Origin: Selaginella moellendorffii
Lineage: Eukaryota > Plantae > Lycopodiophyta
Reading direction: 5' to 3'
Assembly (NCBI RefSeq): GCF_000143415.4
Contig: NW_003314266.1
Coordinates: 4,084,229-4,135,178 of the forward strand
DNA length: 50,950 nt
The position numbers and the translations under genes were made by a program. Below, one piece after another: positions 1 through 12,674 of this stretch (its first letter is position 1; every line of letters starts with the position of its first letter). Below the pieces are notes generated by a model. That model searched no databases. It was not told the DNA's origin and was given only the letters and a program-made list of their open reading frames with translations.

Positions 1-28
1 GTACTTAACTTCTTTTCTGCACTTTCAG

Positions 29-3000
29 AATGGCCTTCAGGGTTGGGGAAAAGGTTACATTTTGAATGGTGGGAAGAGAGTTGCAAAAGGGACCCTTGTG
101 TCTATGGATCGGAACTTTGTTATACACTATGAAAGGCTTGGGGAAGGCAATGCTGCTGTATCAGTAGAGACTGTCTTCGATGGGAATGTGGTCGCTATTG
201 AACGAGGAGAGATGGTCGTCGGGGTAAATGTTGTTGTTGCCTTGAAAAATCTTCAGAAGAAAGCAGATGTTGGGGACAGCGCAAGTGCGACGCATGTTCC
301 CTCCGTGGATCTTAAGAACCGTGCTACATGGATTCAGGCAAAAGTGTTTCTAAACAACCCCGAGGGGGAGGTGGTAGCTGAGGGCTTAGCCACAGTTGTC
401 GATCCAAGAGATGCGGTTGCTAATCAAGAATTGGGCTGGGATGATATTGGAGTTGCGATTTTAGAGGTTGTTGACACAGAAGAAAACAGTCTGACTATTG
501 GAAGCATTGTGCGGTGGAAATTGAGGCACTTAGTGTTTGAGAATGTGAAGGATTCACAATCAAACACCACTACAACTAATGACAGAACATCTCTTCATGG
601 GAAAAGAAAGTACACCTTCCTAAAGCGCAGCCAAAGGGATCTGAGCAACGAACCGAAAAGGCAGAAAATGGCGATGGAGGTTCGAATGGTCTCGACAGTT
701 GCTTGTTGCAAGAGGAGGTGCTGTCAACATGCTGATTGGGATGCTATTGAAGAGGAGAGAGCAAGATACAAGACATTGTCCTGGAAGGCAGCTCGCAATT
801 TTGTGTATGAGGCATTACGGTCATCTGTTGATGCTTCAGAACATCAGGTGGGGGGCATGGTCTTCCAGAGGGGTTTGGTCTGCATGAAGGCATGGAGAAT
901 CATTTATGGAGTCCCTCGAACCACATTCTACAGAATCAAAACTGAGTTCGAGGAACAAAGGGTTCAACAGGCAGTCCATGGGAACGACGGTACGCACAAA
1001 ACCAGGGGTCATGTTGTATATGGAGAGGCAATCTTCAAGAGGTTTGTCGAGACATGTAGCGAGCAGCAACCACATAAAACCCGCCTCTTGGAAGATGGAA
1101 CACGAGACACCCAACGAGTTCTCCCTTCCATGTATACCAAGGGGGCCATATTGGAAGATGTGAATCGGGAACTCCAGAGTAATGGCTACAGGAAGCTGAG
1201 CCAATCTAGATTTAGTAGATTGTGGAGCAACAGGTTCAGGGATGTGAGTATAGGAAAGTACTCCAGCTTTTCCCAGTGTGACGAGTGCACTGCTATCAAA
1301 ATGGCTTTGTCNNNNNNNNNNNNNNNNNNNNNNNNNNNNNNNNNNNNNNNNNNNNNNNNNNNNNNNNNNNNNNNNNNNNNNNNNNNNNNNNNNNNNNNNN
1401 NNNNNNNNNNNNNNNNNNNNNNNNNNNNNNNNNNNNNNNNNNNNNNNNNNNNNNNNNNNNNNNNNNNNNNNNNNNNNNNNNNNNNNNNNNNNNNNNNNNN
1501 NNNNNNNNNNNNNNNNNNNNNNNNNNNNNNNNNNNNNNNNNNNNNNNNNNNNNNNNNNNNNNNNNNNNNNNNNNNNNNNNNNNNNNNNNCCCTAGCAAAC
1601 ACTTAAGGTCTCTGCAAAGTGCGCAGACTGAGCTGAACGGCCAACCCTTGCATAAGGCCCTTGTCGATCGAACCCCATACAGGGTTCAGCTGGAGGAGGA
1701 GCAAAGGCTTGCAGTATCGCGTGGGGCCCCATGCCATCCCAGTGAATATGTTGGCCGTCAGATTGTAGGGTTATCACGTGAGGCCTCATGCCATTACGAC
1801 GAGGCTGGTCGCCCGGTGAATGCACAGCCTCATCCAAACGAAGCAGAATCTCAAGGAAGTTCTTGCGGCCGATGTGGCCTTCCACCCCATCTTCTGCTCC
1901 AAACAGACAATGCTGGCAGTGAGAACAAAAACATGTACGTCTTCGCGTACTTGGCGATGCTTGTTGCCAAAGGCATATTTGAAACGGTTACACTTGGCTT
2001 TCTCATGGTTGGGCACACTCATGAAGACGTCAATGCCATGTTCAGTCACCTGGCAGAGTCCCTCCGGCGATCCAATGTCCTCACCCTCCCACAACTCTAC
2101 GATGAATTCCAAAATTGCATCAAAGGCACTGTTGAAGCTGCACTTCTGACAGAGGTTCCAGACTTTAAGGGGTTTGTAAGAAGCTACATCAGGGATGGAT
2201 CCGAAATGCTGATTGGCCACTCCAAGCCTCTTCAGTTTCATTTCAGCATGTGTGACGGTGCTCCAGTAATGAGGTACAAGATGAGAGAATGGGACACAGT
2301 GTGGCTGCCAGTGGACGGCATTGAACTCTTCAAGAGAGATCCCATAACTGGGGAACCTATGATTCCTCAGGGTTCCCCACGGCCGATGCACCCGGATGGA
2401 CTCAAAGACCAGGAAAGTATAGTGGCCGGGATTAGACAGCATATTGCCTTCTAGAAGAGGGGGTTGGTGTTTGGTGGAGAATCCTATTTTCAGAGGTGCA
2501 AGCCTTTGCTCGAATACTGGGAGAAGATTATATCTGCTATCCAAAATGGGCCGGTTGTATATAAAGAATTGGAAGAGTCCTTTTGGCCAGAACCCAGAGC
2601 ACCAGATAGTAGCGGAACAATGTCCTCTGGAAATGCAGTGACAGATAACGATGTTGAGGATCACTATTGTGGGCCGAGGAACAAGAAGCCGGATTCAGCA
2701 TTCAATCCAGTACAGGTCTGCAAAGGAATGGTCGTGCTTGTCAGACCCAATAATAAAAAACAAATGATATGGGTGGGGCGCTGCATCACTGATGCAGAGG
2801 AGGACGCGGAAACTAACTCCTTCAATGTAACTGTGGAGTGGTTCAAGCCAAGTTCCGGATATACGAAGGATTGCCTAGAAAAGAGATGGGTGCTGAATCC
2901 AAGGGATCCCAGCATGAGCATATCGGTGGATAATGTTGTGCATGGTTGGATGCGGAAGCAGAGTGCCACCATCACCTTGCCAGACCATGCAAGAGATGCA

Positions 3001-3042
3001 GCAAGAGCATTCATAACTCGGGTTCAAGGTGAGATTCATTAA
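29..3042 (+). pseudogene. DDD transposase, copy 1 (spans N gap; in-frame TAG at 2452-2454)
   Basis: Same sequence as 45359-48427. Motifs LQTDNAGSENKN and FLMVGHTHEDVNAMFS. The 1-bp indels near the window start and gap edge are probably low-quality bases. Confidence 0.85.
1312..1589. other. Assembly gap (N run)
   Basis: 278 Ns. The second copy suggests the true sequence is ~330 bp (about 46642-46973). Confidence 0.99.
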
Positions 3043-3330
3043 TATTCCTTTACAAAGTTTCTAATGTATTTTATTTCAAGGTGAACAATCCGAATCTGAA
3101 TCAGAGGAGGCTTGATATAGTGTGTGAGGTAAAACAAAGATGATGTGACATATGCATTTACCAATCACACATGCATAAATCTAATAATATGGCGTGTGGC
3201 CCATATTAATGGCACATAAACCCATATTGTGGGCTTACGTGCTTTATGTACCATCATTCCCTTGCAGCGTGTGTGTTGGTTTCCTTTTATAACACAACGA
3301 ACTCCATATTTTAGGGTGAAGAGCGTTCTC

Positions 3331-3588
3331 ATGGCAAGCACAAAATCTGTAAGTGAGGCAGAAAAGGAGACGGAGAAGGAGATAGGTGAAGATGTAGAAT
3401 ATATAAGTCTTCCAAACTCCCCGTACTATACTCCAGGTGATCATTTTTCTGAACAAACGGCAACATTAACAACTATCGAGAACGCCCCAGTAACGTCAGA
3501 GACAACAATCCAAAGCAAAACAACTGACCCGGAGAAGGATGATAGTACCGCTGAGAGTACCAAAAAGGAGGTGTCCACTAGCGCTTAG
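3331..3588 (+). CDS. Possible small acidic/Ser-Thr-rich ORF or exon in the transposon 3' region (copy 1)
   Basis: ATG-initiated 85 codons (MASTKSVSEAEKETE...), preceded by a TTTTAG acceptor-like site. No recognisable domain. Confidence 0.3.
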   Translation: MASTKSVSEAEKETEKEIGEDVEYISLPNSPYYTPGDHFSEQTATLTTIENAPVTSETTIQSKTTDPEKDDSTAESTKKEVSTSA

Positions 3589-4252
3589 GCTTATAATGGC
3601 GTGTGCCCTCATGCCATTTACTTGATCACCAAATACCTTTTTCCCTTTGCACTAGTATATCTTAATACCGGTCTGAGAAATAGAATGGCATGTGCCCTTA
3701 GGCCTTTTACTAAATCACCTTTGAAAGAAATGCAAGCCTCTATGTCGTAAAAAAAAGGTACTAGAGAAATTCCTTAATAATATGAATGTTATTTAGTTTC
3801 ATGAAAATACACTAAGGGTCAAATGAGTTAAATGACTTCTCCAGACTAGCAATGCCTCTTGCTACACCTTCACAATTAGATTCGTTAGAAAAAGATAACA
3901 TTGAATAATATCTAAATGTTCTCACCATTAAGTTATATGTCTGGCTAATAGGAATGATGTTCATCTTGGAAAGCTCACCACACGCTCAATGAACAAACAA
4001 ATAGTGTGTGCGCGCATGCCATCGCTCTTCTTTAGCTTCAGATTCGGCTTGTTCACCTTGACAATAAGATTTATTATACAACTAGATGGACTCAGTCTGG
4101 ACATAAGGTCACCGCGCTAGTCACCATGCCCCAGATATGTCTAGCCCTTGGACAAAAAACATATAATTTCACGTCATTTTCAAATACTTGAAAATTTGTA
4201 CCTAGTCCCATTTTACTGAATAAATCCCACTTTAACGAAATAGAGCTTAATT

Positions 4253-4341
4253 GTGTTACGCTTGTTTGGATTTCGCTTTAGCCACTACCACGTGGCACCC
4301 TTTCGGCTCCACTTTGGGGCCTAGGGATTTTGTATCTCACA
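4253..4341 (-). repeat. Start segment of gypsy-like LTR (subfamily A), split from the rest by the DNA transposon
   Basis: Minus strand starts TGTGAGATAC at 4341, immediately after the polypurine tract GGGTGGTGGAGT. Matches LTR ends at 10289, 10757, 27761 and 49726. Confidence 0.85.
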
Positions 4342-7300
4342 ACTCCACCACCCATAGATGAAGTTCGATATCCTCATCGAACGGTAAACCATTTTGTAAA
4401 GTAACACCCGCATGTGTTACCATTTCCATCCTTGGCACTCAGCCAATATTTGTCTATGGTTTTACATTGAAGGCTCATCATGCCTTATCCATCCTCTAAG
4501 GAGCATAGTCTCTCCAACATAAAGACTCATTCGGCCACTTGGGGTGGTTTGCTCCCTTTTATTAATTCAGTTCTCGCTAAACCCATTAGAGACACCTTCT
4601 CTAACTCAATTCCACTACTCATTCTCGAGTATTCTTAGATCCCATCGATTTAACCTTTGCACTTTGGAACTTTTAATTTTGACTTCTCAGAGTCAATCTC
4701 CTAGGTGTCTCCAACACCTTACATTGCACATGGTGCAACTCCACTTCCCGTCCTAGGAAGTTTTTTATTTGAGGGCACCATCATCCTCTGTTCGATTTCA
4801 TGCCACCTTTGGCACTAAGTTCCAGTTATCATATTTTGTGCTAGGGCTGTCCACGGCCCTATCATTTGGTTACCTTATTGCTCCCACCCTTGGAGCTTCC
4901 ACTTTTGCCAAATCGAAGCAAATTGGGAATCCATCCTTGGGAACACATTGCCTTTCCGACAATCCGTTAGCACTCAACACCTTAGTGTTCTTGGCCTAAC
5001 TTTGTCATTTGGATTCTTTCCCATGATTCCCATAGCTCTTTATTTAGCCACAGTCTTTTGCTCTTATCCTTGATTGTTGCACCCAGCAACATAGGATCGC
5101 TACCTCCATTTTCGAGGTATCCCTTTGGTTCCATAGCAAAGACTCTTCTTTGCCAAGTCCGGAGGATGTTCACCCCTAGTATGTCTCTTTAGCATCTTCT
5201 GCTGTGGGCTCTATCCACGGCCCAACTTCGTGACCCTCCCATGGGTCTCTTATAGAGACTACTTTCCTCAGACTCATTATGCCATCGCACGAACACAGCC
5301 TATTTCCCTTAGGTGCTCTTCCCACTTGGTCACCTTGACCAAGCCACACCATCTTAAATAGTTCAAATTAACATTTTGAACCAGGAACTTTATTCTTTAG
5401 CCAACCAAGGACCTTGTCGTTATTTTGGCCATAAGATCACCTAGTGATCTCACCTTGGCACCCTAACAGAGTTGCGGAGAGGTACTTGGTCTTCTAGACC
5501 TTCAAGTTGTTGACCATAACCCTGGGGGCATCCCCCACACTTGGCGGTGCACCCAAGCCAGCCCTTACGGCCAAGGGTCCATAGCAACTGAGATTAGGTG
5601 TCCCCATCTCACTCACCACGTCCTTAGTGCCACTTGCACCAAAGCGTTCAAGTTAGATATGTTGAGCTTTCACACTAAGCAATCTAACCATGCATCACGA
5701 CTCCGAGGCATCCCTCGCTTGGCGGTGTGCCCAAACCAGCCTCCCCACTGAGAGTCCATGACCACCGAAAAATGAGTGTCCTCATATTCCAAACCATCAC
5801 CACGCCCTAGTGATTTGGGACTCGAACCCAAGCACTAGAGGGTCGGGACTCAAACCCAACCTTCGTATATGCATCTACCGGACGGCATCATACCAGATGT
5901 TTGGCGTGACTCCCCACGCCGGTGCACCAACTTATATTTAAAGCGCGCTATAGATCACAGCTTAGGAACCTAGTTCCTCCACCCTACCAAGTCCTCTCAC
6001 TTGACATGTTTGTGATGATGCATGGACTCCTCCATGCCAGGCCCCATGGGCCGCCCTTTTGAAGTTAGCACCTTCAACTAGGGTAGTTGTTCCCCCCGAC
6101 TTGCCAATCTCACTTAGCAAATCATCAGGCCACCGTAACATGGTTCATGCATAAGCGTGAAAGTCCTTAACCATTGACTTTAGTTCAAAGCCCTCTCTTT
6201 GAACACTCGAAAACTACTTCCCCAATCTTGATAGCCTTGCCTCATGGCAAACTTCAAGACCACGCTTCTGCTGCGCCACTCTGATTTCGTGCATTCTATG
6301 AACCATTTACATTTGGCTTTCTAGGTATCTAGCTACCTAGAATTGTCTTTGGGAACCTTTCGAAGGAACTTTGTCCCTTTAGCTTGCTAAGGCCTCTCCT
6401 TTCGCAAATTTTCCAATTGCTATATAGTCTAACATGGACAATCCCATGTTTTTTACTGTCCATGGCATCCCGGTCATTAGTAACAACATGCTTAAACACC
6501 CACTTAGTTCTCCACTCCCAACTTGCATAACCACCTGTGGTCATGCTTGTCAATTCCTATGGTTCGGTTCTATCCCTTTACTACTTGCCTTTTGGCCTCA
6601 CACATTTCCTTCAATCATTCTCCTCTAGACTAGGAAGATAGCTTTGCACTTTCTACCATGCTTTAGCAAGTATTCATAGGGATGAACCTACCCGACAGCC
6701 TAGGAGTGGTTCCTTAATCCGGGTTTACTCACATTGTAATCCCATACCCTAGGATTACCGTTGCTACTTGTGGGCCTTTATATGCCTATCCTTAGCCTTG
6801 CCAAAATCCCCCTTTTGGCTTTGTCCAATTTGGGTAGACAAACTTCTCCCGTCTCCGCAACTTTGGACATTTGGATAGCACCTCCTACCCTTCATTAGCT
6901 AAGGACTTTGTCCCTTGGGCATTATCCATTACCCTCATGACACCAAACACCACCTTCTGGTGTTCTAGAGTGCTTGGGTGTCCCAATGATGGCCTCTTTG
7001 GCAATGAGCATTCCCTTTACGACATTGATCTGCTATTTCGCAGCATAAGCAATTAATCCCTCATAAGGGTATATCTAACTTCTTTATCCCAATAAGAAGT
7101 CTTAGGTAGTTTCCTTCTACCAGTTTAACGAATCATTTCGCACCTTTTGCTTAGTTGCCTCATAGTTGTCAAGTCCTACAACTCATTGCTGGTGCTTCCA
7201 CACCCCCATCATTATCTGGGTCACCACACTCTAACCGCATGCCTTCCAGTTTAGGCTATGCCATTCCCAATTTCTATTGGGATTTTTTTGGATGGGGTTC

Positions 7301-8406
7301 TCGTGAACCCACCAACTTGACCTCAAGGCAGCACGTCTTGGCACCTTCGGTGTCTCCACACCATCGGCTCCACGAGCCTACCTTTATGACACTTCTTACT
7401 TGTGTCCAGGTATTTTTGCCAAAACCAATATGGTTGTCTCTTATGCCAATTATCCATTAGCACTGCATCATAGAGTTCATGCACAACTTTGTGTCAAAGT
7501 TGTTTTCTTCTAGGAAACTCTTTCCCACGACTTTAGTATGGCACCTTCTGCCATCAATGAAATACATATTGCTCTCATACTTGGATCTCAAGATCCTCCC
7601 CATCTTTCGTGGGGCACCACACACCTCAGTCCAAATGCTTTCCTCAAGCCTTTAGGATTATTCCTTAACTCTATTGGAGTCATTCAACCTTTTGGACTTT
7701 GTTAATCCAACGACCTATGAGGTCCTACTTTGAGGTGCTAGGTCACTGGAATACAACTCCTTGTATTTATGTCCTACTCACAAGGACCATCTTTTGCAAG
7801 TGTTACTCCGACACTTGATTTGTTCTCTAAGGGCAACCTTTCACCCCTTAGGACCACTTGTCCATGTGATGAGAATACCAACTCATCCTCTAAATACACC
7901 CCCAACTCCTTGGGTTATTCTAGCATTTATTAGAGGTAGCTTTGGCTACCATTTCAAGGACTTGAGTCCTTTTCCATATTTGACCTCCCGCGGTCATTAC
8001 TTCTGGTCTCCCATTCATGAACACCAACCTCAACTTCATGAGGGTAATCTTGTGACTCCTTTATCGTTTTGGAGTCTATATCTTCCCTGTGATCCCAACT
8101 ATAGTTGTTTACCACAACTACATCAGCCAGTTTGCTGAGTCAAACGCTCATCTGGATCACATCCTCAACTCAATGAGGAAAACCTTGCACTGTTTCCAAG
8201 ATCCCAAAGTCGTTCCATTATTGGCCCTTTTCTATCTACCACCTCGTCTACAAGTTCACACATGAATTGTAATGGAGAGCCATGTCTTCCCGACCTGCTA
8301 CTCCTCGAGGATAGGCCCACTCCTCGGACCTTCCGATGCCAATGCTAGTGGTGATATACTTGAGCACCAATAAAAGTCAGATTAAGGAACAGCTCTGATA
8401 CCAAGT
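4342..8406 (-). mobile_element. Degenerate internal region (~4 kb) of a non-autonomous Ty3/gypsy-like LTR retroelement, subfamily A
   Basis: Bounded by PBS (TGGTATCAGAGC on minus, 8392-8403) and PPT (4342-4354). No long ORF. Only remnants resembling a gag Zn-knuckle, protease and integrase C-terminus; no RT motif seen. The gypsy assignment is tentative. Confidence 0.75.
8392..8403 (-). promoter_or_regulatory. tRNA-Met(i) primer-binding site
   Basis: Plus strand GCTCTGATACCA = TGGTATCAGAGC on minus, 3 nt from the LTR end TACA. Confidence 0.9.
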
Positions 8407-10289
8407 TGTAAGCGATTAATTTTTTCATTTTACTTTAGTCACTTAACCGCACCTCCGACCACTTTGAGGAGTCTCATTCACAACCTCCATAAGTCCCAGT
8501 TAGGACTTGAGGCTTGCTAGCCCCGAGAATGGCATCCATGCCACTCCACCTTTGCACTTGGTCCAAGTGCTCCACATGTCCGATCCCATGATCGGCACTC
8601 CAAGGTACCACCAACATACTAGCCTGTTACGCTAAGCCATGCCCTTTCACCTTGGTCACATCGGTGGTCTAACGCCACCTGCATCATAGTCCTGTATCTC
8701 AAAGACTGGGCCATCCGTCCGTGAGTGATCATCCCATATCTACTTGCTCCTAGTCCAAGTGTGGGTGGCACTACCTACTTGGATACCTATCATGGTTCAA
8801 CAGAACCTCGCTCTAAGCCCATGGCTAGAGCACCTAAAGGCGAAAGGCGGGGAGAGTACCCAGGAGGCTTGCGTAAGGCCACGGTGTTCCGAAATGTTGT
8901 CCCAAAGTCCCAAACGGTGAAAGGGAAGAAGAATAGGCCTCTAATGTAGTGACCAAGGATACGGTCATATAGTGAGGAAGTCCCAAAGGATAGTGGGACT
9001 TAGTGGTCGGGCTTGTGGGCCTTGATCTAGTGGCAGTGTTGGCGAACATGGCCATGGACTAAAAGGGACTTGGTGGGGACTGGAAAAGAGTTGTCGGGGA
9101 AGGCTATTCCCCATGTCTGCGGGCATCCTAAAGATGCTAATCGACCATTCGATCTCCCGGGGGAACTAGAGCCGGCTCTTGAACACTTCACCAAACTACC
9201 CCGCTTGTCGGTCCGTGTTCACTCTAATCTTGGACTTCCCAATGGGTAGCTCATCACCCAACACTGAGTCCGGCCTTCCTGGGCCAAACTGACCTTTCCT
9301 GGCAAAACTGGCTCCACTGCAGTCCTCCCCCTTACTATACTTTTGGAGATCACCAAACCCCCCAGGGTCTGGGAGACGAACGCTTTGGGCTTTCACCCTC
9401 TCAGACTTGGACTCGGACTCGGACTTGGGCTCGGTCTTGGCCTCGGCCTCGGCCTCGGTCTCGGTCTCGGTCCCGGTCTCGGTCCCGGTCTCGGTCCCGG
9501 TCTCAGTCCCGGTCTCGGTCTCGTCTTGACTTCGGACTCCATCTCAGGTCCATCTCGGACTCCATCTCGGGTCCACCTCAGACTCCATCTCGGACTCCAT
9601 CTCGGGTCCATCTCGGGTCCACCTCAAACTCCATCTCGGACTCCATCTCGGACTCCATCTCGGGTCCATCTCGGGTCCACCTCGGACTCCATCTCGGACT
9701 CCATCTCGGGTCCATCTCGGGTCCACCTCGGACTCCATCTCGAACTCCATCTCGGGTCCATCTCGGGTCCACCTCGGACTCCATCTCGGACTCCATCTCA
9801 AGTCCATCTCAGGTCCACCTGGGACTCCATCTTGGACTCCATCTCGAACTCCATCTCGGGTCCATCTCGGGTCCACCTCGGACTCCATCTCGGACTCCAT
9901 CTCAGGTCCATCTCGGGTCCATCTCGGACTCCATCTCGGACTCCATCTCGGGTCCATCTCGGGTCCACCTCGGACTCCATCTTGGACTCCATCTCGGGTC
10001 CATCTCGGGTCCATCTCGGACTCCATCTCAGACTCCATCTCAGGTCCATCTCGGACTCCAACTCGGGTCCATCTCGGACTCCATCTCAGGTCCCTTTTTA
10101 GACCCTCGCTTATTGCTCGCTTCGTGCTCGTTCCTTGAGCACTTCGTTGGGAGTTCCACTCCCACTCTCGACCTTTCAAGTCGGAGCTTTTAGTCCAAAC
10201 GTGTTACGCTTGTTTGGATTTCACTTTAGCCACTACCATGTGGCACCCTTTCAGCTCCACTTTGGGGCCTAGGGATTTTGTGTCTCACA
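8407..10289 (-). repeat. LTR A1 (~1.9 kb) with an internal inversion and a minisatellite
   Basis: TGTAAG...TCTCACA termini; homologous to 33957-35779 plus 49638-49726. Confidence 0.85.
9400..10095. repeat. LTR minisatellite: (CTCGGY)n, then mixed GGACTCCATCTC / GGGTCCATCTC 11-12-mers
   Basis: Directly visible. Same array at 10290-10525, 27030-27530 and 34940-35670. Confidence 0.95.
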
Positions 10290-10757
10290 CTCAGGTCCAT
10301 CTCGGGTCCATCTCGAGTCCATCTCGGGTCCATCTCGAACTCCATCTTGGGTCCATCTCGGACTCCACCTCAAGTCCACCTCGGACTCCATCTCAGGTCC
10401 AACTCGGGTCCATCTCGGGTCCACCTCAAACTCCATCTCGGACTCTATTTTGGACTCCACCTCAAACTCTATCTCGGACTCCATCTCGGGTCCATCTCGG
10501 ACTCCATCTTAGATCCATCTCGGACACTTCCACATGTCATGTGTCGGTCCTCTTGTGTCCCTTTTCTAGAGACTCACTTATCTCTCACTTCGTATTTGTT
10601 CCTTGAGCACTTCGTTAGGAGTTCCACTCCCGCTCTCGACCTTTATGGTCGGAGCTTTTAGTCCAAATGTGTTACGCTCATTTGGTTTTTGTTTCGGCCA
10701 CTACTACCTAGCATCCTTCTGACTCCACTTTGGGGCCTAGGGATTTTGTGTCTCACA
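10290..10757 (-). repeat. Remnant of LTR subfamily B into which element A inserted
   Basis: Has the B-diagnostic CACTTCCAC.TGTCATGTGTCG segment seen at 27530-27550. Ends TCTCACA, followed by target copy GTCAT (10758-10762). Confidence 0.8.
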
Positions 10758-11040
10758 GTCATATTGAAGGGTGAGTTCTTCACTTTAAAGATGGATCCCT
10801 AATTGCCTGTCAAGAAATTTATCAAAGACACTCTCTACTATGAAAAGCGCCTTCAAGATGCAAAGCAGCCTCTGACTATTGTGGACAAGCAAGCAGCCCT
10901 AATCAATCACATTCTTGATATCAAGGAGTATGAGAGTCTTCACACAACATTTCAGAATCTTCAAGGCCAGCTCACTTTTGAAGCAATGTGCTCATCTCTC
11001 AAGGAAGAAGAATGCCAACAGTAGAAATTGAAGACCAAGA
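10758..11040 (+). pseudogene. Ty1/copia gag (UBN2-like) fragment, continuation of 25647-26044
   Basis: Translates ...EFFTLKMDP*LPVKKFIKDTLYYEKRLQDAKQPL...EYESLHTTFQNLQGQLTFEAMCSSLKEEE; inverted copy at 11048-11270. Confidence 0.65.
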
Positions 11041-11047
11041 CTAAATC

Positions 11048-11824
11048 CAAAAGTGAGCTGGCCTTGAAGATTCTGAAACATTGTGCGAAGACTCTCATAC
11101 TCCTCGATATCAAGAATGCCATTGATCAGGGCTGCTCGCTTGTCCACATTAGTCAAAGGCTGCTTTGTGTCTTGAAGGCGCTTCTCATAGTAGAGAGTGT
11201 CATTGATAAATTTCTCGACAGGCAATTAGGGATCCATCTTTAAAGTGGAGAACTCACCCTTCAATGTGACCACATGTTCAACTGTTTGAGCACCAAGAAA
11301 CTGGGTTAGATTGATCCAATTTGTGGGAGCATTGTTATTAAGATCAAGAAGATGAATGTACTACTTGCCTAAACCAATACCTATTGTAAATAAGGCTTGT
11401 TTATTGTGCAACTTCTATACCTATTGTAGATAGGGCTTGCTTGTTGTGCAGCTTCTAGTCTGCTACTTCAGGAGCATCTTGGGCTAGTTCAGATTCTTTG
11501 CCTGCAACAATCCCATCACAATTATCACACAAGAAAACAACATAGCCCAATTTGCAAAATCTCCCTTGTACAAAGGGATTAAACACTACTCCAATGCACT
11601 AGCAGCAGTACTACTGCTCACCACCATACTCTGTGTAGTCAGCGGTTGTTGATCAGAAAGCACATGTCTCTCCTAGCATGACCATCAGGATCTACAATCT
11701 GATACCATGATAATGATCTGAGGAGACGCTAATAAGAGAGAAAACAGGGTACATGGCCATGGCCGTGGCCTGACCTAATACCCTGTGCCACGTGGCAGAA
11801 GCCTGACTCTGACTAGGACTATCA
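11048..11824 (-). mobile_element. Ty1/copia 5' end: 117-bp LTR (11708-11824), PBS (11698-11707) and truncated gag
   Basis: LTR TGATA...TATCA followed on minus by TGGTATCAGA. gag start LIPLYKGDFANWA. LTR homologous to 22698-22813 and 25549-25646. Confidence 0.8.
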
Positions 11825-11859
11825 TCTGTTAGTAACCATCAATCCAATATCGCCTCCAA

Positions 11860-12110
11860 CTTCCAGCATGTGTGAATAAGCAAGTTTAAGCGTCCTATTG
11901 TCCCAAGCATACAGCCATGTCAAGTTCTTGACATTTGTGCTGCAGCTTATCAACATAAGATGTGAACTGGCCCGGGCAAACGATGCAGAGTGTCGAGACA
12001 CGCTCGGATTGTTCTTTGAATGCTCTGGAAACTGCCATGCAGCGTACCAGGCTTTTGCAGTCACAGATCACGTGGAAGATGAGCTGGTAGACCCCATCTA
12101 TCATTCTCTA
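11860..12110 (-). pseudogene. F-box protein fragment (At1g30200/At5g46170-like)
   Basis: IDGVYQLIFHVICDCKSLVRCMAVSRAFKEQSERVSTLCI resembles the F-box N-terminus of this plant family; truncated by stops. Confidence 0.6.
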
Positions 12111-12351
12111 ACAACACAAGTGATGCTTGATACAATTGCGAGAATCCAAGGCAATAGTGCACTCCTTTGATGCAAACCGTGTTCATAGACCACATCCTCA
12201 TGGTCTGACGGAGAGGGTATAACCAAATGCCCACCTTTGAGTCAAAATGAAATGGCTTTAGAACATCATACCCTTGCTTGTGTGTAAGGTATCAGCATTT
12301 GAGTGCGAGCTATTGAGGGTTGAATTGATGGAATCTCCTCCCATTGCTTGG

Positions 12352-12674
12352 TCACTGGGTTTCCAACCATGAAAGGCCTTTTGGAATATGGAAACCACGA
12401 GAAGATATTTCCCTGACTACTTGCGACCCATGCGGGGCAAACCAGTTCTCAATAGATATTTCTTTCCCCATCAGACTCCATGCTGGATACTTCCAGAAGC
12501 GTCTGAGCTCGTTGAATGAAGTATACCCTTGGTGCAGAAACAGGAACTTGGTGTGGGTTTTGTTCATCCATTGTTCCGTGAAGTATGGATGCCGTTGCAA
12601 ATGAAACCATTCCTTACACACCGGCTGCAGTCGCAAAACATCTTCGGCTGGTAGAAAAGACAGTATATGAGCAT
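12352..12674 (-). pseudogene. Second F-box-like fragment
   Basis: LIYCLFYQPKMF/LRLQPVCKEWFHLQRHPYF matches the F-box C-terminal signature (R..VCK.W); frameshifted. Confidence 0.5.

Larger units (their letters stand above)
1..4248 (+). mobile_element. Right part of Sola1-like TIR DNA transposon, copy 1 (left part lies outside the window)
   Basis: Essentially identical to 45330-49633. Ends in TIR TCCCACTTTAACGAAATAGAGCTT (4225-4248) followed by AATT (4249-4252). Confidence 0.9.

Noticed and set aside
1-1600. Frameshifts and substitutions in transposase copy 1 near positions 55, 1273 and 1597
   Set aside because: All lie next to the window start or gap edges, so they are more likely low-quality base calls than real divergence.
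1786-2664. 292-aa antisense ORF (also 47171-48049) and other antisense ORFs over the kinases and cargo genes
   Set aside because: Shadow frames of real coding sequence with no recognisable motifs.
9343-10661. Long ORFs rich in LGLG, SRVHLG or MESE (also 26819-27610 and 34664-35890)
   Set aside because: Translations of the LTR minisatellite, open in several frames on both strands; no evidence of coding function.
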